Source: Minisyncoccota bacterium (GTDB taxonomy: Bacteria > Patescibacteriota > Minisyncoccia > Phycocordibacterales > UBA918). Taken from it: a stretch of DNA of 64,000 bases. Made by a program: the position numbers and the translations under genes. Below are positions 26,066 to 35,481 of the stretch, piece by piece. The stretch is taken from contig JBBDKG010000013.1 in the NCBI GenBank assembly GCA_040879435.1, positions 18,271-82,270 on the forward strand, in the 5' to 3' direction. Numbering within the stretch: the stretch's first letter is position 1; every line of letters begins with the position of its first letter. The notes under the pieces are model-generated. The model saw only the letters and a list, made by a program, of their open reading frames with translations. It ran no database searches and had not been told where the DNA came from.

Positions 26066-26686
26066 TTAGATGCTTCTTACCTCTACTAATGTTCCTTTTC
26101 GACCTGGTATCGCTCCTTTAACAAGGAGCAGATTCTCTGATGCATTCACCTGAAGTACGGTGAGGTTCTTGACCGTCACCCGGTCACCGCCCATGCGGCC
26201 CGCCATGCGTGTGCCCTTCTGGACACGCTGGATGCCACCTGAACCGATCGCTCCCGGTTCACGGTGCGAGTGTTTCTGTCCGTGACTACCCGGTCCGCCA
26301 TGGAAGCCGTGCCGCTTCACACCACCCTGAAAGCCCTTACCCTTCGAGATGGCAGAGACTGCAACATTGTCTCCTGGAGCGAACATCGCCGCATCGAGTG
26401 TCTGACCCTTCTCGAACCCTTCGAGCGAGTCGTCGAACATCTTGCGTACGCGAAACTCCTTCACATACTGCACTGCCTTGCCGACATGGCCTCTTACGGC
26501 CTTGCCAACGCGATGCTCCTTCTGTTCGCCGCCGGCGACCTGAATGGACTCGTATCCATCAGAGTCTGCGGTCTTCACTTGCGTGACCGCAAGCGGCGCA
26601 ACGCGAAGTACCGTTGCTGGGTAGCAGACGCCGTTCTCATCAAAGCACTGCGTCATGCCGTCCTTTACGCCGAGAATGAATTTCAT
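26066..26686 (-). CDS. rplC: 50S ribosomal protein L3
   Basis: The product begins MKFILGVKDGMTQCFDENG and contains FQGGVKRHGF. Confidence 0.95.
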   Translation of the reverse strand: MKFILGVKDGMTQCFDENGVCYPATVLRVAPLAVTQVKTADSDGYESIQVAGGEQKEHRVGKAVRGHVGKAVQYVKEFRVRKMFDDSLEGFEKGQTLDAAMFAPGDNVAVSAISKGKGFQGGVKRHGFHGGPGSHGQKHSHREPGAIGSGGIQRVQKGTRMAGRMGGDRVTVKNLTVLQVNASENLLLVKGAIPGRKGTLVEVRSI

Positions 26687-26936
26687 TCAAATTTGCAGTT
26701 ATCTGGTAACGCTTTGCCGATGACCGTGTAACGAAAACGCGCGTACGAGTACGCGAGCACAAGCTCACGCATATATACGCGCGATTCGTGCCCATTGGTC
26801 TTCCCGAATAGGGAGTACGTAGGTCTTGGAAAGCTGGCGAGAGTATACGCTAGAGACGAGAAATTGCAAGAACACAGTTGATATTAGTACCCCGCGTGGT
26901 ACTTTAGTGGAAACAGTTTGTTCTTGGGAGGTATAC

Positions 26937-27011
26937 ATGTCTGACGTACATCCATTCCTCTACAGTCTCGGCAGCGTCGCCCCTATCTTGCCGCTGTGGC
27001 TCTACTGTTAG
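26937..27011 (+). CDS. candidate small peptide (24 aa, hydrophobic) with a consensus Shine-Dalgarno sequence
   Basis: gggaggtatacATG; the product is MSDVHPFLYSLGSVAPILPLWLYC. Confidence 0.2.
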   Translation: MSDVHPFLYSLGSVAPILPLWLYC

Positions 27012-27101
27012 ATCGCTTTCATCCGTAGAGAAGCCGTCCTCGGTCACCTGAAGTACGAGTATGGCTCATACTCTGCTCAAAAATATACTTCCGAGTTTGA
27101 C

Positions 27102-27287
27102 TTGCTTGTGACGGTGAATGCCGTAGTGGGTGCAAGCATGGGTCTCATCGTAGGAAGCGTGATCGCAGTGCTCTTCGCAGACGGGCATGCCACACTCTTT
27201 CTCTTTGCCTTGTATGGACTGACCACGTTAGTGCTCGCAATGCTGGCCGGACATCGTATCGAAGCTCGAATCCGGCCACCTGTCTAA
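27102..27287 (+). CDS. candidate small 2-TM protein (TTG start)
   Basis: The product is LVTVNAVVGASMGLIVGSVIAVLFADGHATLFLFALYGLTTLVLAMLAG. Confidence 0.25.
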   Translation: MLVTVNAVVGASMGLIVGSVIAVLFADGHATLFLFALYGLTTLVLAMLAGHRIEARIRPPV

Positions 27288-27421
27288 CGACATACGAAGA
27301 CTGTGCCGCCGCCCACTGCTGACTGCTTGCAGAAAATGGACTTTCTCCGTATGGTGGGTATAGAACAAGTTAAGCGGATGTCTTGTTCTTCGTTTCCTCA
27401 CATCCGCAAAAGGAGGTTGCC

Positions 27422-27493
27422 ATGCCGTATACGCTGGCTAAGATCAAACTCGTCTTCGGAGTACATCCGGACCTCCCCCGCCCTGATATCTAG
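27422..27493 (+). CDS. candidate small peptide (23 aa) with a consensus Shine-Dalgarno sequence
   Basis: aaaggaggttgccATG; the product is MPYTLAKIKLVFGVHPDLPRPDI; a plus-strand terminator follows (27525-27566). Confidence 0.2.
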   Translation: MPYTLAKIKLVFGVHPDLPRPDI

Positions 27494-27524
27494 CAAAGGA
27501 GAGGGCTGTTCACCCCATTCAATA

Positions 27525-27566
27525 CGCCCCGTCGCATCAAGCGGCGGGGCACTCTTGTTTTTGTAT
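27525..27566 (+). terminator. intrinsic terminator (plus strand)
   Basis: The sequence is cgccccgtcgcatcaagcggcggggcactcttgtttttg. Confidence 0.6.
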
Positions 27567-27598
27567 AGAAAAACGGACGTGCAATGGTCAGCACGTCC
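27555..27598 (-). terminator. intrinsic terminator for gene 27588-28094 (hairpin overlaps the stop codon)
   Basis: The minus strand reads ggacgtgctgaccattgcacgtccgtttttctatac. Confidence 0.6.
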
Positions 27599-28094
27599 GC
27601 CAGAATTGTTTCGCCTCGGAATATTTCATTACGAGGACTCCTTCAGTAGGAAACCCGCCGTGGGAATTGACCCACGCGGTGATCTTCTTTGACTGAGGAG
27701 GATCGGTCCGCGCGCCCGTTTTGAGGTTTCTTACCTTGTGGAAACCGAATCGCGCGTGGCGTGTGATGCATACATTGGATCGGGCCTTATCTGCCAGTAT
27801 GGCGCATGCTGAGTTGCAGGCCCCATTGACCACCAACACCCGCTTCTCGCGCTGAACAATGCGCACGAAGTTATCGAAAGCGTGGACGACCCCACCGCTG
27901 TTTGCGTTGATCACGCACGGATTCCCGCACCCAAGCGGTCCGAAGAGTGCGCGTTCAGGATCTGAAACGCCGTACTCCAACTGGTGTTCGATGCGGCTTG
28001 GGCCGAAAACTACGTGCCATCCAAGTCCGATCACCACTGCTCCGAAAGAGCCGACGATGATCCACATGATGGTATCGAGAAATTTCGAGTTCAT
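27588..28094 (-). CDS. membrane-anchored ClpP/S49-fold (NfeD-like) serine peptidase candidate
   Basis: After an N-terminal TM the product reads INANSGGVV..VVNGACNSACAIL...ITRHARFGFHK, which aligns with ClpP INSPGG..GQAASMG..IMIHQP; the Ser and His positions are conserved. Confidence 0.45.
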   Translation of the reverse strand: MNSKFLDTIMWIIVGSFGAVVIGLGWHVVFGPSRIEHQLEYGVSDPERALFGPLGCGNPCVINANSGGVVHAFDNFVRIVQREKRVLVVNGACNSACAILADKARSNVCITRHARFGFHKVRNLKTGARTDPPQSKKITAWVNSHGGFPTEGVLVMKYSEAKQFWRTC

Positions 28095-28136
28095 TGCCGC
28101 CTCCTCTCTGCTTGGGGCCTGTTTCTATCTCTTCGT

Positions 28137-28165
28137 ATACTACCACATATTTATGTATAAGTCAA
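28137..28165 (-). promoter_or_regulatory. near-consensus sigma70 promoter TTGACT-N17-TAGTAT for the ClpP-like gene
   Basis: Minus strand: ttgacttatacataaatatgtggtagtat, with a GAGGAGG Shine-Dalgarno sequence 6 nt before the ATG. Confidence 0.5.
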
Positions 28166-28184
28166 AATTATCCCCACGCACAAC

Positions 28185-28218
28185 AAAAGCCGCCAGGCAA
28201 AGCCTGGCGGCTTTTGTG
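28185..28218. terminator. bidirectional intrinsic terminator downstream of rpsJ
   Basis: The sequence is aaaagccgccaggcaaagcctggcggcttttgtg. Confidence 0.8.
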
Positions 28219-28228
28219 AAGGCAACCA

Positions 28229-28591
28229 CTAGATCATTTTGACATCGATGTTCACACCTGAGGGTAGCGAGAGGTTCGTGAGAGCCTCGATCACCTTCCC
28301 GCCCGGGTTGTGAATGTCGATGACACGCTTATGCATGCGCATCTCGAACTGTTCTCGCGCATCCTTGTGCACGAACGTTGAGCGGTTCACTGTGTACTTC
28401 TTGATCTCCGTTGGAAGTGGGATCGGTCCCACCACCTTCGCATCAAAGCGAAGTGCGGTGTCAATGATCTGCTTTACGCTCGCATCAAGGATCTTGTGTT
28501 CGTATGCACGTACGCGGATCCGTAGTTTCTGGATCTCGCCGCCGGCATCCTTGCCCTTTGCGGGAGTCTTCTTTTTCTCTGTAGTTGCCAT
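28229..28591 (-). CDS. rpsJ: 30S ribosomal protein S10
   Basis: The product contains IRIRVRAYEHKILDASVKQIIDTALRFDAKVVGPIPLPT. Confidence 0.95.
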   Translation of the reverse strand: MATTEKKKTPAKGKDAGGEIQKLRIRVRAYEHKILDASVKQIIDTALRFDAKVVGPIPLPTEIKKYTVNRSTFVHKDAREQFEMRMHKRVIDIHNPGGKVIEALTNLSLPSGVNIDVKMI

Positions 28592-28631
28592 AGTGAGTTT
28601 TTCTCGTTAGTCGCCGTAGACGGCGCGCTGA

Positions 28632-29825
28632 TTAGGCGACGATCTTCGTTACCACACCGGCACCAACCGTCTTTCCGCCTTCGCGGATCGCGAACGTCTG
28701 CTTCTCTTCGAGCGCGACCGGAGCAACCAGCTTCACTTTGAAGGTCGCGGTGTCTCCCGGCATCACCATCTCAGTTCCTTCCGCAAGGGTCACTTCACCC
28801 GTCACGTCAGTGGTGCGGATGTAGAACTGCGGCTTGTAACCACCGAAGAACGGCGTGTGTCGTCCGCCTTCTTCCTTCGAGAGTACGTATACCTCAGCTT
28901 CGAAGTCAGTGTGTGGAGTAACTGCGCCTGAAGCTGAAAGTACCTGTCCGCGGTGTACGTCCTCCTTCTTCGTACCACGGAGGAGAATACCTGCGTTGTC
29001 TCCAGCCTGCGCTGAGTCAAGAGACTTGTTGAACATTTCAACGCCGGTCACTGTCGTCTTCGTTGTATCCTTGATACCAACGATCTCGATCTCTTCACCA
29101 ACCTTGACCTGTCCGCGCTCTACACGACCGGTCACTACCGTGCCGCGTCCTTCAATCGAGAAGATGTCCTCGATCGGCATAAGGAACGGCTTGTCGAGAT
29201 CACGTTCTGGAAGCGGGAAGTATGAATCCATCGCGTCCACGAGTTCAACGACCTTCTGTCCGTACTCACCTGCAGGATCCTCAAGCGCCTTGAGGCCTGA
29301 ACCGTGGATGATCGGCGCTTCAGCACCGTCGTATCCATTCTTGGTAAGGAGCTCACGAAGCTCTTCCTCCACGAGCATAAGCATTTCCTCATCGTCGACC
29401 ATGTCGCACTTGTTGAGGAATACGATGATCTTCGGTACACCCACCTGGTGCGCCAAAAGCACGTGCTCGCGTGTCTGAGGCATCGCACCGTCTGTTGCGG
29501 CTACCACAAGTACCGCGCCGTCCATCTGTGCGGCACCGGTGATCATGTTCTTGATGTAGTCGGCGTGACCTGGCGCGTCGATGTGCGCGTAGTGTCGGTT
29601 CGGGGTCTCGTACTCAGAGTGCGAGAGAGAAATAGTAATACCGCGCGCCTTCTCTTCCGGCGCTTTGTCGATATCTTCCACCGCCTTGAGGTTGGCGCTG
29701 TAGCCGTCGCCCTTCGCGTGAAGCACGTTGAGGATCGCAGCTGTAAGCGTGGTCTTACCATGGTCAACGTGACCAATGGTACCAACGTTCATGTGCGGCT
29801 TCGATCGGTCAAAATCTGCTGCCAT
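28632..29825 (-). CDS. tuf: elongation factor Tu
   Basis: The 397 aa product contains [21 protein letters not shown] and NKCD. Confidence 0.97.
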   Translation of the reverse strand: MAADFDRSKPHMNVGTIGHVDHGKTTLTAAILNVLHAKGDGYSANLKAVEDIDKAPEEKARGITISLSHSEYETPNRHYAHIDAPGHADYIKNMITGAAQMDGAVLVVAATDGAMPQTREHVLLAHQVGVPKIIVFLNKCDMVDDEEMLMLVEEELRELLTKNGYDGAEAPIIHGSGLKALEDPAGEYGQKVVELVDAMDSYFPLPERDLDKPFLMPIEDIFSIEGRGTVVTGRVERGQVKVGEEIEIVGIKDTTKTTVTGVEMFNKSLDSAQAGDNAGILLRGTKKEDVHRGQVLSASGAVTPHTDFEAEVYVLSKEEGGRHTPFFGGYKPQFYIRTTDVTGEVTLAEGTEMVMPGDTATFKVKLVAPVALEEKQTFAIREGGKTVGAGVVTKIVA

Positions 29826-30167
29826 AATGAATATTGATTAGATAACTAAATAATCCGCACACAGCTGCTTTTTACAATGAAAAAGCCATGCACGAGCACT
29901 CAGGGGTTGCGGCGCGAGAAACGCGCGACCTCCGGGCACACGAACGTGTGAAAGAGCAAAGTATATTTACTCCCTACAGCAAAAGCTGTAACGGTGGCGG
30001 TATGGTACATGAGTGATGTGGTGTTTGCAAGCCTTATTCCTCGATCCCACGCCCTTTGCGAACGAAAGTGAAATCTTCATAGACAGTGCCAGGTTGTACA
30101 TAATGAAGAAATTGTGAAATTATGAGGTAAAGCAACGTCACCGATCAACCAGGAAAGGAGGAAGGCG

Positions 30168-30770
30168 ATGCGTGGAAGGTTCTTTTACTATATAGCGGTG
30201 CTTCTCTGCATACTGTCTCCTTCCATAGCGGCAGGTGACAATATGAAGACGGGTACTCAGACGTCCCAACCTATTGGCCATTACGACTTCTGCCAGGTAC
30301 TTCCTACAGAATGCACGATCCGACCGCAGAAGGTCGGACCAATAGTGCTCACCGACAAGGTCTGGCTCCTGATCGTCTCGACGAACAACGAGGTCAACAG
30401 TGCCGTTCGCCCGCTGAACGACATCGATATCTACGGCCGGGACGAGGTCTGGACCTATCCAGACAATGGAAGCGGTGACTGCGAGGACTATGCCCTCCTG
30501 AAGCGGCGCGAGCTCAATCAGGCCGGCATCTCGCTTGCCAACCTTCTTATCACCGTGGTGCGCAAACCCGACGGTGAAGGGCATGCGGTACTCACGGTCC
30601 GCACGAATACAGGCGATATCGTTCTCGACAACCTCACTGACGAGGTCCGGTCGTGGCGAGACACCGGCTACCGCTTTCTGAAGCGTCAGGCCAGCTATCA
30701 CACCGGCAGGTGGGTCAGTTTCGACCGACGTGATAGAGTCGGCCATCTAGCCTCCACTGATGGAAGGTAG
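30168..30770 (+). CDS. bacterial transglutaminase-like cysteine proteinase (BTLCP family), secreted
   Basis: The product has a signal peptide and reads GSGDCEDYALLKRRELNQAGIS...GEGHAVLTV (Cys/His catalytic arrangement); a strong Shine-Dalgarno sequence (aggaaaggagga) precedes it. Confidence 0.7.
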   Translation: MRGRFFYYIAVLLCILSPSIAAGDNMKTGTQTSQPIGHYDFCQVLPTECTIRPQKVGPIVLTDKVWLLIVSTNNEVNSAVRPLNDIDIYGRDEVWTYPDNGSGDCEDYALLKRRELNQAGISLANLLITVVRKPDGEGHAVLTVRTNTGDIVLDNLTDEVRSWRDTGYRFLKRQASYHTGRWVSFDRRDRVGHLASTDGR

Positions 30771-30787
30771 GGTCGCCACCCAAACGC

Positions 30788-30821
30788 AAAAGCCCCCGAC
30801 ACAGTGCCGGGGGCTTTTTTC
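30788..30821. terminator. bidirectional intrinsic terminator (BTLCP gene / fusA)
   Basis: The sequence is aaaagcccccgacacagtgccgggggcttttttc. Confidence 0.85.
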
Positions 30822-30836
30822 TATATGACCTCTTGC

Positions 30837-33002
30837 TTATTCAGCCGCCTCAGTGGTGATACCACGCGCCTTCTTGATCTCCATCGCCACGTTCGGTGGT
30901 ACGACCGCGTAGTGGTCGAACTCCATCACCATGTTTGCCCTACCTTCGGTCATCGAACGGAGTGTGGTGGTGTATCCGAAGAGTTCGGAGAGCGGCACCA
31001 TCGCCTTGATCACCTTCACCATGTCACGGTCCTCCATACCTTCGACGAGTCCGCGCTTTGATGAGATGTTTCCGTTGATGTCACCCATGAACTTCTCCGG
31101 AGTGGTGACCTCGATCTTCATGATCGGCTCCAAGAGGACCGGATTCGCACGCTGCGCTGCCTCCTTGAAGGCATTGATGCCGGCAAGCTTGAAAGCGATC
31201 TCTGAGGAGTCCACATCGTGGTAGCTACCATCGAAGAGTTCGACGGAGATATCTTCCATCTTGTATCCGGCAACGAGACCGCGTCCCATCGCCTCACGAC
31301 AACCCTTCATCACGGCCGGGATAAACTCACCCGGGATCACACCTCCCTTGATGTTGTTGACGAACTCAAAGTGATCCTCACGAGTGACGTTCTTCTTCAC
31401 CTCCTCGTCCTCAGCAAGTGGCACCATCGGTTTGATCCTGATCTTCACATGACCATACTGACCGCGACCACCAGACTGCTTGATATATTTATGCTCCGCC
31501 TCAGCTTCGCGCTGGATGGTCTCACGATACGCAACCTGTGGCTTGCCGGTCGCGGCCTCAACTCCGAACTCGCGCTTCATACGATCAACGAGGATCTCAA
31601 GGTGGAGCTCACCCATACCCGCGATGATCGTTTCCATCGTCTCGTCGTCGGATGAGACCTTGAAGGTCGGGTCCTCGTCGGAGAGCTTCTTCAGTGCAAT
31701 ACCCATCTTCTCCTGATCGTTCTTCGTCTTCGGCTCGATACGCATCGCGACCACTGGCTCGGGAAAGGTGATCTCCTCAAGTACGATCGGCTTGTCCTCA
31801 TCACACAGTGTGTGAGACGTCTTCACGTCCTTCAGACCCACACCTGCCGCGATCTCGCCAGCGTACACCTCTTCAACCTCTTCACGTTTATCTGCCTGCA
31901 GACGGACAATACGGCCGAGACGTTCTTTCTCTCCGGTGTTCGCATTGAACACATAGCTACCTGCTTTGACGGTACCTGAATACACACGGAAGAACGTGAG
32001 CGCCCCCACGAATGGGTCGGTCTGAAGCTTGAACGCAAGTGCGCAGAACGGAGACTCATCACGCGCCTCACGTGTCTCAGGCTCATCGGTCTTCGGATTC
32101 TTGCCTTCGATCGGCGGAAGGTCCACCGGTGATGGGAGGTAGTCCACGACAGCGTCGAGAATGCGCTGTACGCCGACGTTCTTCAAAGCCGAACCGGTCA
32201 TGACCGGGAAGATCTGGTTATCGATCACCGCCTTGCGAAGTGTCTTCTGGAGTTCCTCGTAGCTTGGCTCGTTCCCTTCAAGGTACGCGTTCATCTGCGC
32301 TTCGTCGTTCTCAACGATCCGCTCCACAAGCTCACCGTGATACTTTTCAGCTTCGGCTCGGTATTCATCTGGGATCTCGTGCTCGATCACATTCATTCCC
32401 ATGTCGCCCTCGAAGGTGTATGCCTTCATCTTGAGAAGGTCGATCACACCTGAAAGGTTATCCTCCTTGCCCCATGGGATCTGGAAACGAACCGCCTTTG
32501 GAGAAAGTCGTTTCAAAATAGTGTCGTATGAACGCTCGAAGTCGGCACCGACGCGGTCCATCTTGTTGATGAAACAGATACGCGGTACCCCTGCCTCGTC
32601 AGCATAGCGCCAGTTCGTTTCGGACTGCGGCTCCACTCCGGCCACGCCGTCGAACACCACGATCGCACCGTCCAAAACACGCATCGAACGCTTCACCTCT
32701 GCGGTGAAGTCGATGTGTCCCGGTGTATCGATGATGTTGAACGTGAACTTGTGCTCTTTGCTGGTTCGGTCAGGATTCAGAGAGGGCGTCCAGTCGCAGG
32801 AAATAGCGGCGGCGGTGATGGTGATACCACGCTCACGCTCCTGGTCCATCCAGTCGGTCACGGTCTCTCCGTCGTGTACCTCGCCGATCTTGTGGCTCAT
32901 GCCGGTATAGAAGAGCACGCGCTCGGATGTGGTGGTCTTGCCGGCGTCAACGTGCGCGACAATACCGAAGTTACGTAGTCTCTCGAGTGGGAATTTTCTC
33001 AT
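30837..33002 (-). CDS. fusA: elongation factor G
   Basis: The 721 aa product reads [24 protein letters not shown]... Confidence 0.97.
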   Translation of the reverse strand: MRKFPLERLRNFGIVAHVDAGKTTTSERVLFYTGMSHKIGEVHDGETVTDWMDQERERGITITAAAISCDWTPSLNPDRTSKEHKFTFNIIDTPGHIDFTAEVKRSMRVLDGAIVVFDGVAGVEPQSETNWRYADEAGVPRICFINKMDRVGADFERSYDTILKRLSPKAVRFQIPWGKEDNLSGVIDLLKMKAYTFEGDMGMNVIEHEIPDEYRAEAEKYHGELVERIVENDEAQMNAYLEGNEPSYEELQKTLRKAVIDNQIFPVMTGSALKNVGVQRILDAVVDYLPSPVDLPPIEGKNPKTDEPETREARDESPFCALAFKLQTDPFVGALTFFRVYSGTVKAGSYVFNANTGEKERLGRIVRLQADKREEVEEVYAGEIAAGVGLKDVKTSHTLCDEDKPIVLEEITFPEPVVAMRIEPKTKNDQEKMGIALKKLSDEDPTFKVSSDDETMETIIAGMGELHLEILVDRMKREFGVEAATGKPQVAYRETIQREAEAEHKYIKQSGGRGQYGHVKIRIKPMVPLAEDEEVKKNVTREDHFEFVNNIKGGVIPGEFIPAVMKGCREAMGRGLVAGYKMEDISVELFDGSYHDVDSSEIAFKLAGINAFKEAAQRANPVLLEPIMKIEVTTPEKFMGDINGNISSKRGLVEGMEDRDMVKVIKAMVPLSELFGYTTTLRSMTEGRANMVMEFDHYAVVPPNVAMEIKKARGITTEAAE

Positions 33003-33113
33003 AAGTTGATGTTTGTATAAATAAAAACGGGCGCTGGCGCCGATTAAGTGCCGGTACTATACGGTATTTAGGATGAAACGGCAACAGTCTCCTGCCTCTG
33101 ATACAATTGACCT

Positions 33114-33545
33114 ATGCCCAAGAAAATCGTCCTTAAGACAAAAGAAACGAAGCGAAGTCCTGCCGCATTCCTCAACACGGTCACTGACAAAGAACAGCGT
33201 ACAGACGCAAAGAAACTACTCGCACTGTTCAGGAAGGTGACCGGCAAACAGCCGAAGATGTGGGGACCGTCGATCATCGGCTTTGGTTCATATACGTACA
33301 CACGCAGCAATGGTGACGTTGGTGAGTTCCTTGCAACCGGCTTCTCACCACGCAAAGGAAACCTCACGCTCTACATAATGCCGGGATACCAAAATTACGA
33401 CGATATGCTCAAGAAGCTTGGCCCCCACAAACTCGGGAAGTCGTGTTTGGATATAAAGGAACTTGAGGATATTGATACGCAGGTGCTCGAGAAACTGATC
33501 AAGAGAGGGCTGGTTGACCTGAAGAAGACGCACCTGGTGAAATAA
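33114..33545 (+). CDS. DUF1801 (YdhG-like) domain protein
   Basis: The product begins MPKKIVLKTKETKRSPAAFLNTVTDKEQRTDAKKLLALFRKVTG, with the typical DUF1801 layout. Confidence 0.55.
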   Translation: MPKKIVLKTKETKRSPAAFLNTVTDKEQRTDAKKLLALFRKVTGKQPKMWGPSIIGFGSYTYTRSNGDVGEFLATGFSPRKGNLTLYIMPGYQNYDDMLKKLGPHKLGKSCLDIKELEDIDTQVLEKLIKRGLVDLKKTHLVK

Positions 33546-33583
33546 AAACGCACATCGTATCTCGATGTGCGTTTTCTTATTCC

Positions 33584-34303
33584 CTACTCCGCAAACCAAA
33601 CGGTGATCTCAAGTGCATCGTCGTGCTCCGGCAGACCGGATGCATTCGCCTTCTGGAGAATAAGGGTGCCGCGTTTCATAAAGTCAGGATCGCCTTCGGT
33701 GTATGGGTTCGTGAATTCAAGCTCTGCCGTGAATGGAACAAAGTTGGTCGTCATCCACTCATCCTGTGCGGTCGCAAACCCTTCTGCGATGATGAGCCCG
33801 TCCCAATCAGTGAGTACTATCGGGAACGTCGCCTCAAAGTACCACTGTCCGCGTGCCTCACCTTCGATAGTGAGCGGGCTTTCGATAACCGAATCAACGG
33901 TCGGCGTTGTGAGCCGGATCAACTCTTCGTCGTCTTCCTCCTCGACCACAACATCTCCTGAGGTACAACCTTCGAACATCACCTCACCGTCAACAAGCAC
34001 GACTGATTCGGCACCCTTGTTCCAGAATACGAACGATTCATCACTGTTCGTGTATCGCGCGCCGGACGCCGCAACTGCAGGCGTGAGTTCATATGGTGTG
34101 TCGTTCAGAGTGAGGACAAGGCTCTCGTCCTCGAGAAACTCTGTTTTGAGCATCGTACCGTCTGAACAGGTCAGTGTCTCCGTGTGTACTACAACTCGAT
34201 CATCAGGATCAAGTTCAGCACTATTTGGTAGCGTAAAGTATACAAATAGTGCACCGGCAACAACGACCGCAAGTCCAAAGAGTATAAGAAGGAATGTTTT
34301 CAT
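33584..34303 (-). CDS. membrane-anchored protein with an MliC-like N-domain and a Gmad2/GerM-type Ig-like C-domain
   Basis: An N-terminal TM is followed by CSDG..ARYTNSDESFVFWNKG (MliC-like), and the C-terminus reads GEARGQWYFEATFPIVLTDWDGLIIAEG...WMTTNFVPF (Gmad2 signature). Confidence 0.55.
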   Translation of the reverse strand: MKTFLLILFGLAVVVAGALFVYFTLPNSAELDPDDRVVVHTETLTCSDGTMLKTEFLEDESLVLTLNDTPYELTPAVAASGARYTNSDESFVFWNKGAESVVLVDGEVMFEGCTSGDVVVEEEDDEELIRLTTPTVDSVIESPLTIEGEARGQWYFEATFPIVLTDWDGLIIAEGFATAQDEWMTTNFVPFTAELEFTNPYTEGDPDFMKRGTLILQKANASGLPEHDDALEITVWFAE

Positions 34304-34413
34304 ACGCTGCTAGCGTACCATACCTATCATGAAGCGGAAGTGGTGTAATAGCGCTCGCTCCTTCCCCCTGATTGTGTATACTGCGGCTAGAAAGCCCGAA
34401 CAGGAGACCTGAA

Positions 34414-34884
34414 ATGGGGATTGAAATCGAACGAAAGTTTCTTCCGAAAAACGATGACTGGCGCAACTTCGCCACCGATCCTGCGACCATACGGCAAGGA
34501 TACCTCGCGAGAGAATACGGCAACGTTGTTCGTGTACGGATCACCGATATCGAAGGTACTACGACTTCGCAGCTATGTATCAAAGGGCTCAAGCAGGGTG
34601 GTGAAATTCCCGAGTACGAGGTTTCGATACCTCACGACATGGCACTCGAACTGTTCAAGCTATGCGAATGGAGTATCAAGAAGATCCGCCGTCATGTTTA
34701 TGCTGGCGACCACACCTTTGAAATCGATGAATTCGCGGGAAATCTGCGAGGACTAGTGGTCATCGAAGTGGAACTAGGGTCTGTCGGCGAGCAAGTTGAT
34801 CTGCCAGACTGGATCGGGAAGGAAATCACCGACGACCCACGGTACAACAATGCTCACCTCTGCGAACATGGCGTTCCGGGGTGA
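34414..34884 (+). CDS. CYTH-domain protein (triphosphate tunnel metalloenzyme / class IV adenylate cyclase-like)
   Basis: The product begins MGIEIERKFL (ExExK motif); an AGGAGA Shine-Dalgarno sequence lies upstream. Confidence 0.65.
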   Translation: MGIEIERKFLPKNDDWRNFATDPATIRQGYLAREYGNVVRVRITDIEGTTTSQLCIKGLKQGGEIPEYEVSIPHDMALELFKLCEWSIKKIRRHVYAGDHTFEIDEFAGNLRGLVVIEVELGSVGEQVDLPDWIGKEITDDPRYNNAHLCEHGVPG

Positions 34885-34905
34885 CACGCCTCTTTCCCAA
34901 AAACA

Positions 34906-34935
34906 AAACGGGCCATATGGCCCGTTTTCTCTTGT
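34906..34935. terminator. bidirectional intrinsic terminator between rpsG and the cargo island
   Basis: The sequence is aaaacgggccatatggcccgttttctcttg. Confidence 0.8.
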
Positions 34936-34959
34936 CTGGTGAAAATTGCGTTCTCTTTC

Positions 34960-35433
34960 CTACCACGCAAAGTGAGCGAACGCACGGTTGGCCTCGGCCA
35001 TCTTGTGCACGTCCTCCTTCTTCTTCACTGCCGCACCTTCTTCACGGGCTGCGAGCATAAGCTCAGCAGCGAGCGCCTTGTGCATTGGCACACCTTTCTG
35101 TCCGCGAGCGGACGAGATGATCCACCGAAGCGCGAGTGCTGTTCGTCGCTCAGGACGGACCTCACGCGGTACCTGGTAGTTCGCACCACCAACACGACGT
35201 GAGCGCACCTCCATCATCGGGCCGGCATTGCGGAGCGCGGTCTCGAAGATCTCTACCGGATCCCCACCGCCTTCCTTGGCGTTCTTAATTTCTTCAAAAG
35301 CACTGTATACGATCTTGCGTGCGGTCTCCTTCTGACCACGGAGCATGATGTAGTTAATGAGTCGCTCGACGGGTACGGAACCGTACTGTACGTCGGGCTT
35401 TACCTCTGGTCGTTTCTTTATTGGTCTTCGCAT
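34960..35433 (-). CDS. rpsG: 30S ribosomal protein S7
   Basis: The product reads [42 protein letters not shown]. Confidence 0.95.
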   Translation of the reverse strand: MRRPIKKRPEVKPDVQYGSVPVERLINYIMLRGQKETARKIVYSAFEEIKNAKEGGGDPVEIFETALRNAGPMMEVRSRRVGGANYQVPREVRPERRTALALRWIISSARGQKGVPMHKALAAELMLAAREEGAAVKKKEDVHKMAEANRAFAHFAW

Positions 35434-35481
35434 AATGTCCTTTCGTTATCTATAGCGAATATAGACTATTTATAATGTAGA

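Noticed and set aside
27303-27692. 129-aa plus-strand ORF in the L3|S10 island
   Set aside because: It overlaps the ClpP-like gene's 3' end and both terminators. Its composition is low-complexity, and the short Shine-Dalgarno-preceded ORF in another frame is the better candidate.
29826-30167. Expected tRNA genes upstream of tuf (thr/tyr/gly tRNAs often precede tufB)
   Set aside because: I inspected the region and found no tRNA-like acceptor or T-arm sequences. It appears to be only a divergent promoter region.
33003-33060. GGCGCTGGCGCC palindrome upstream of fusA as a terminator
   Set aside because: The stem is too short, with a 2-nt loop, and it sits where the fusA promoter must be.
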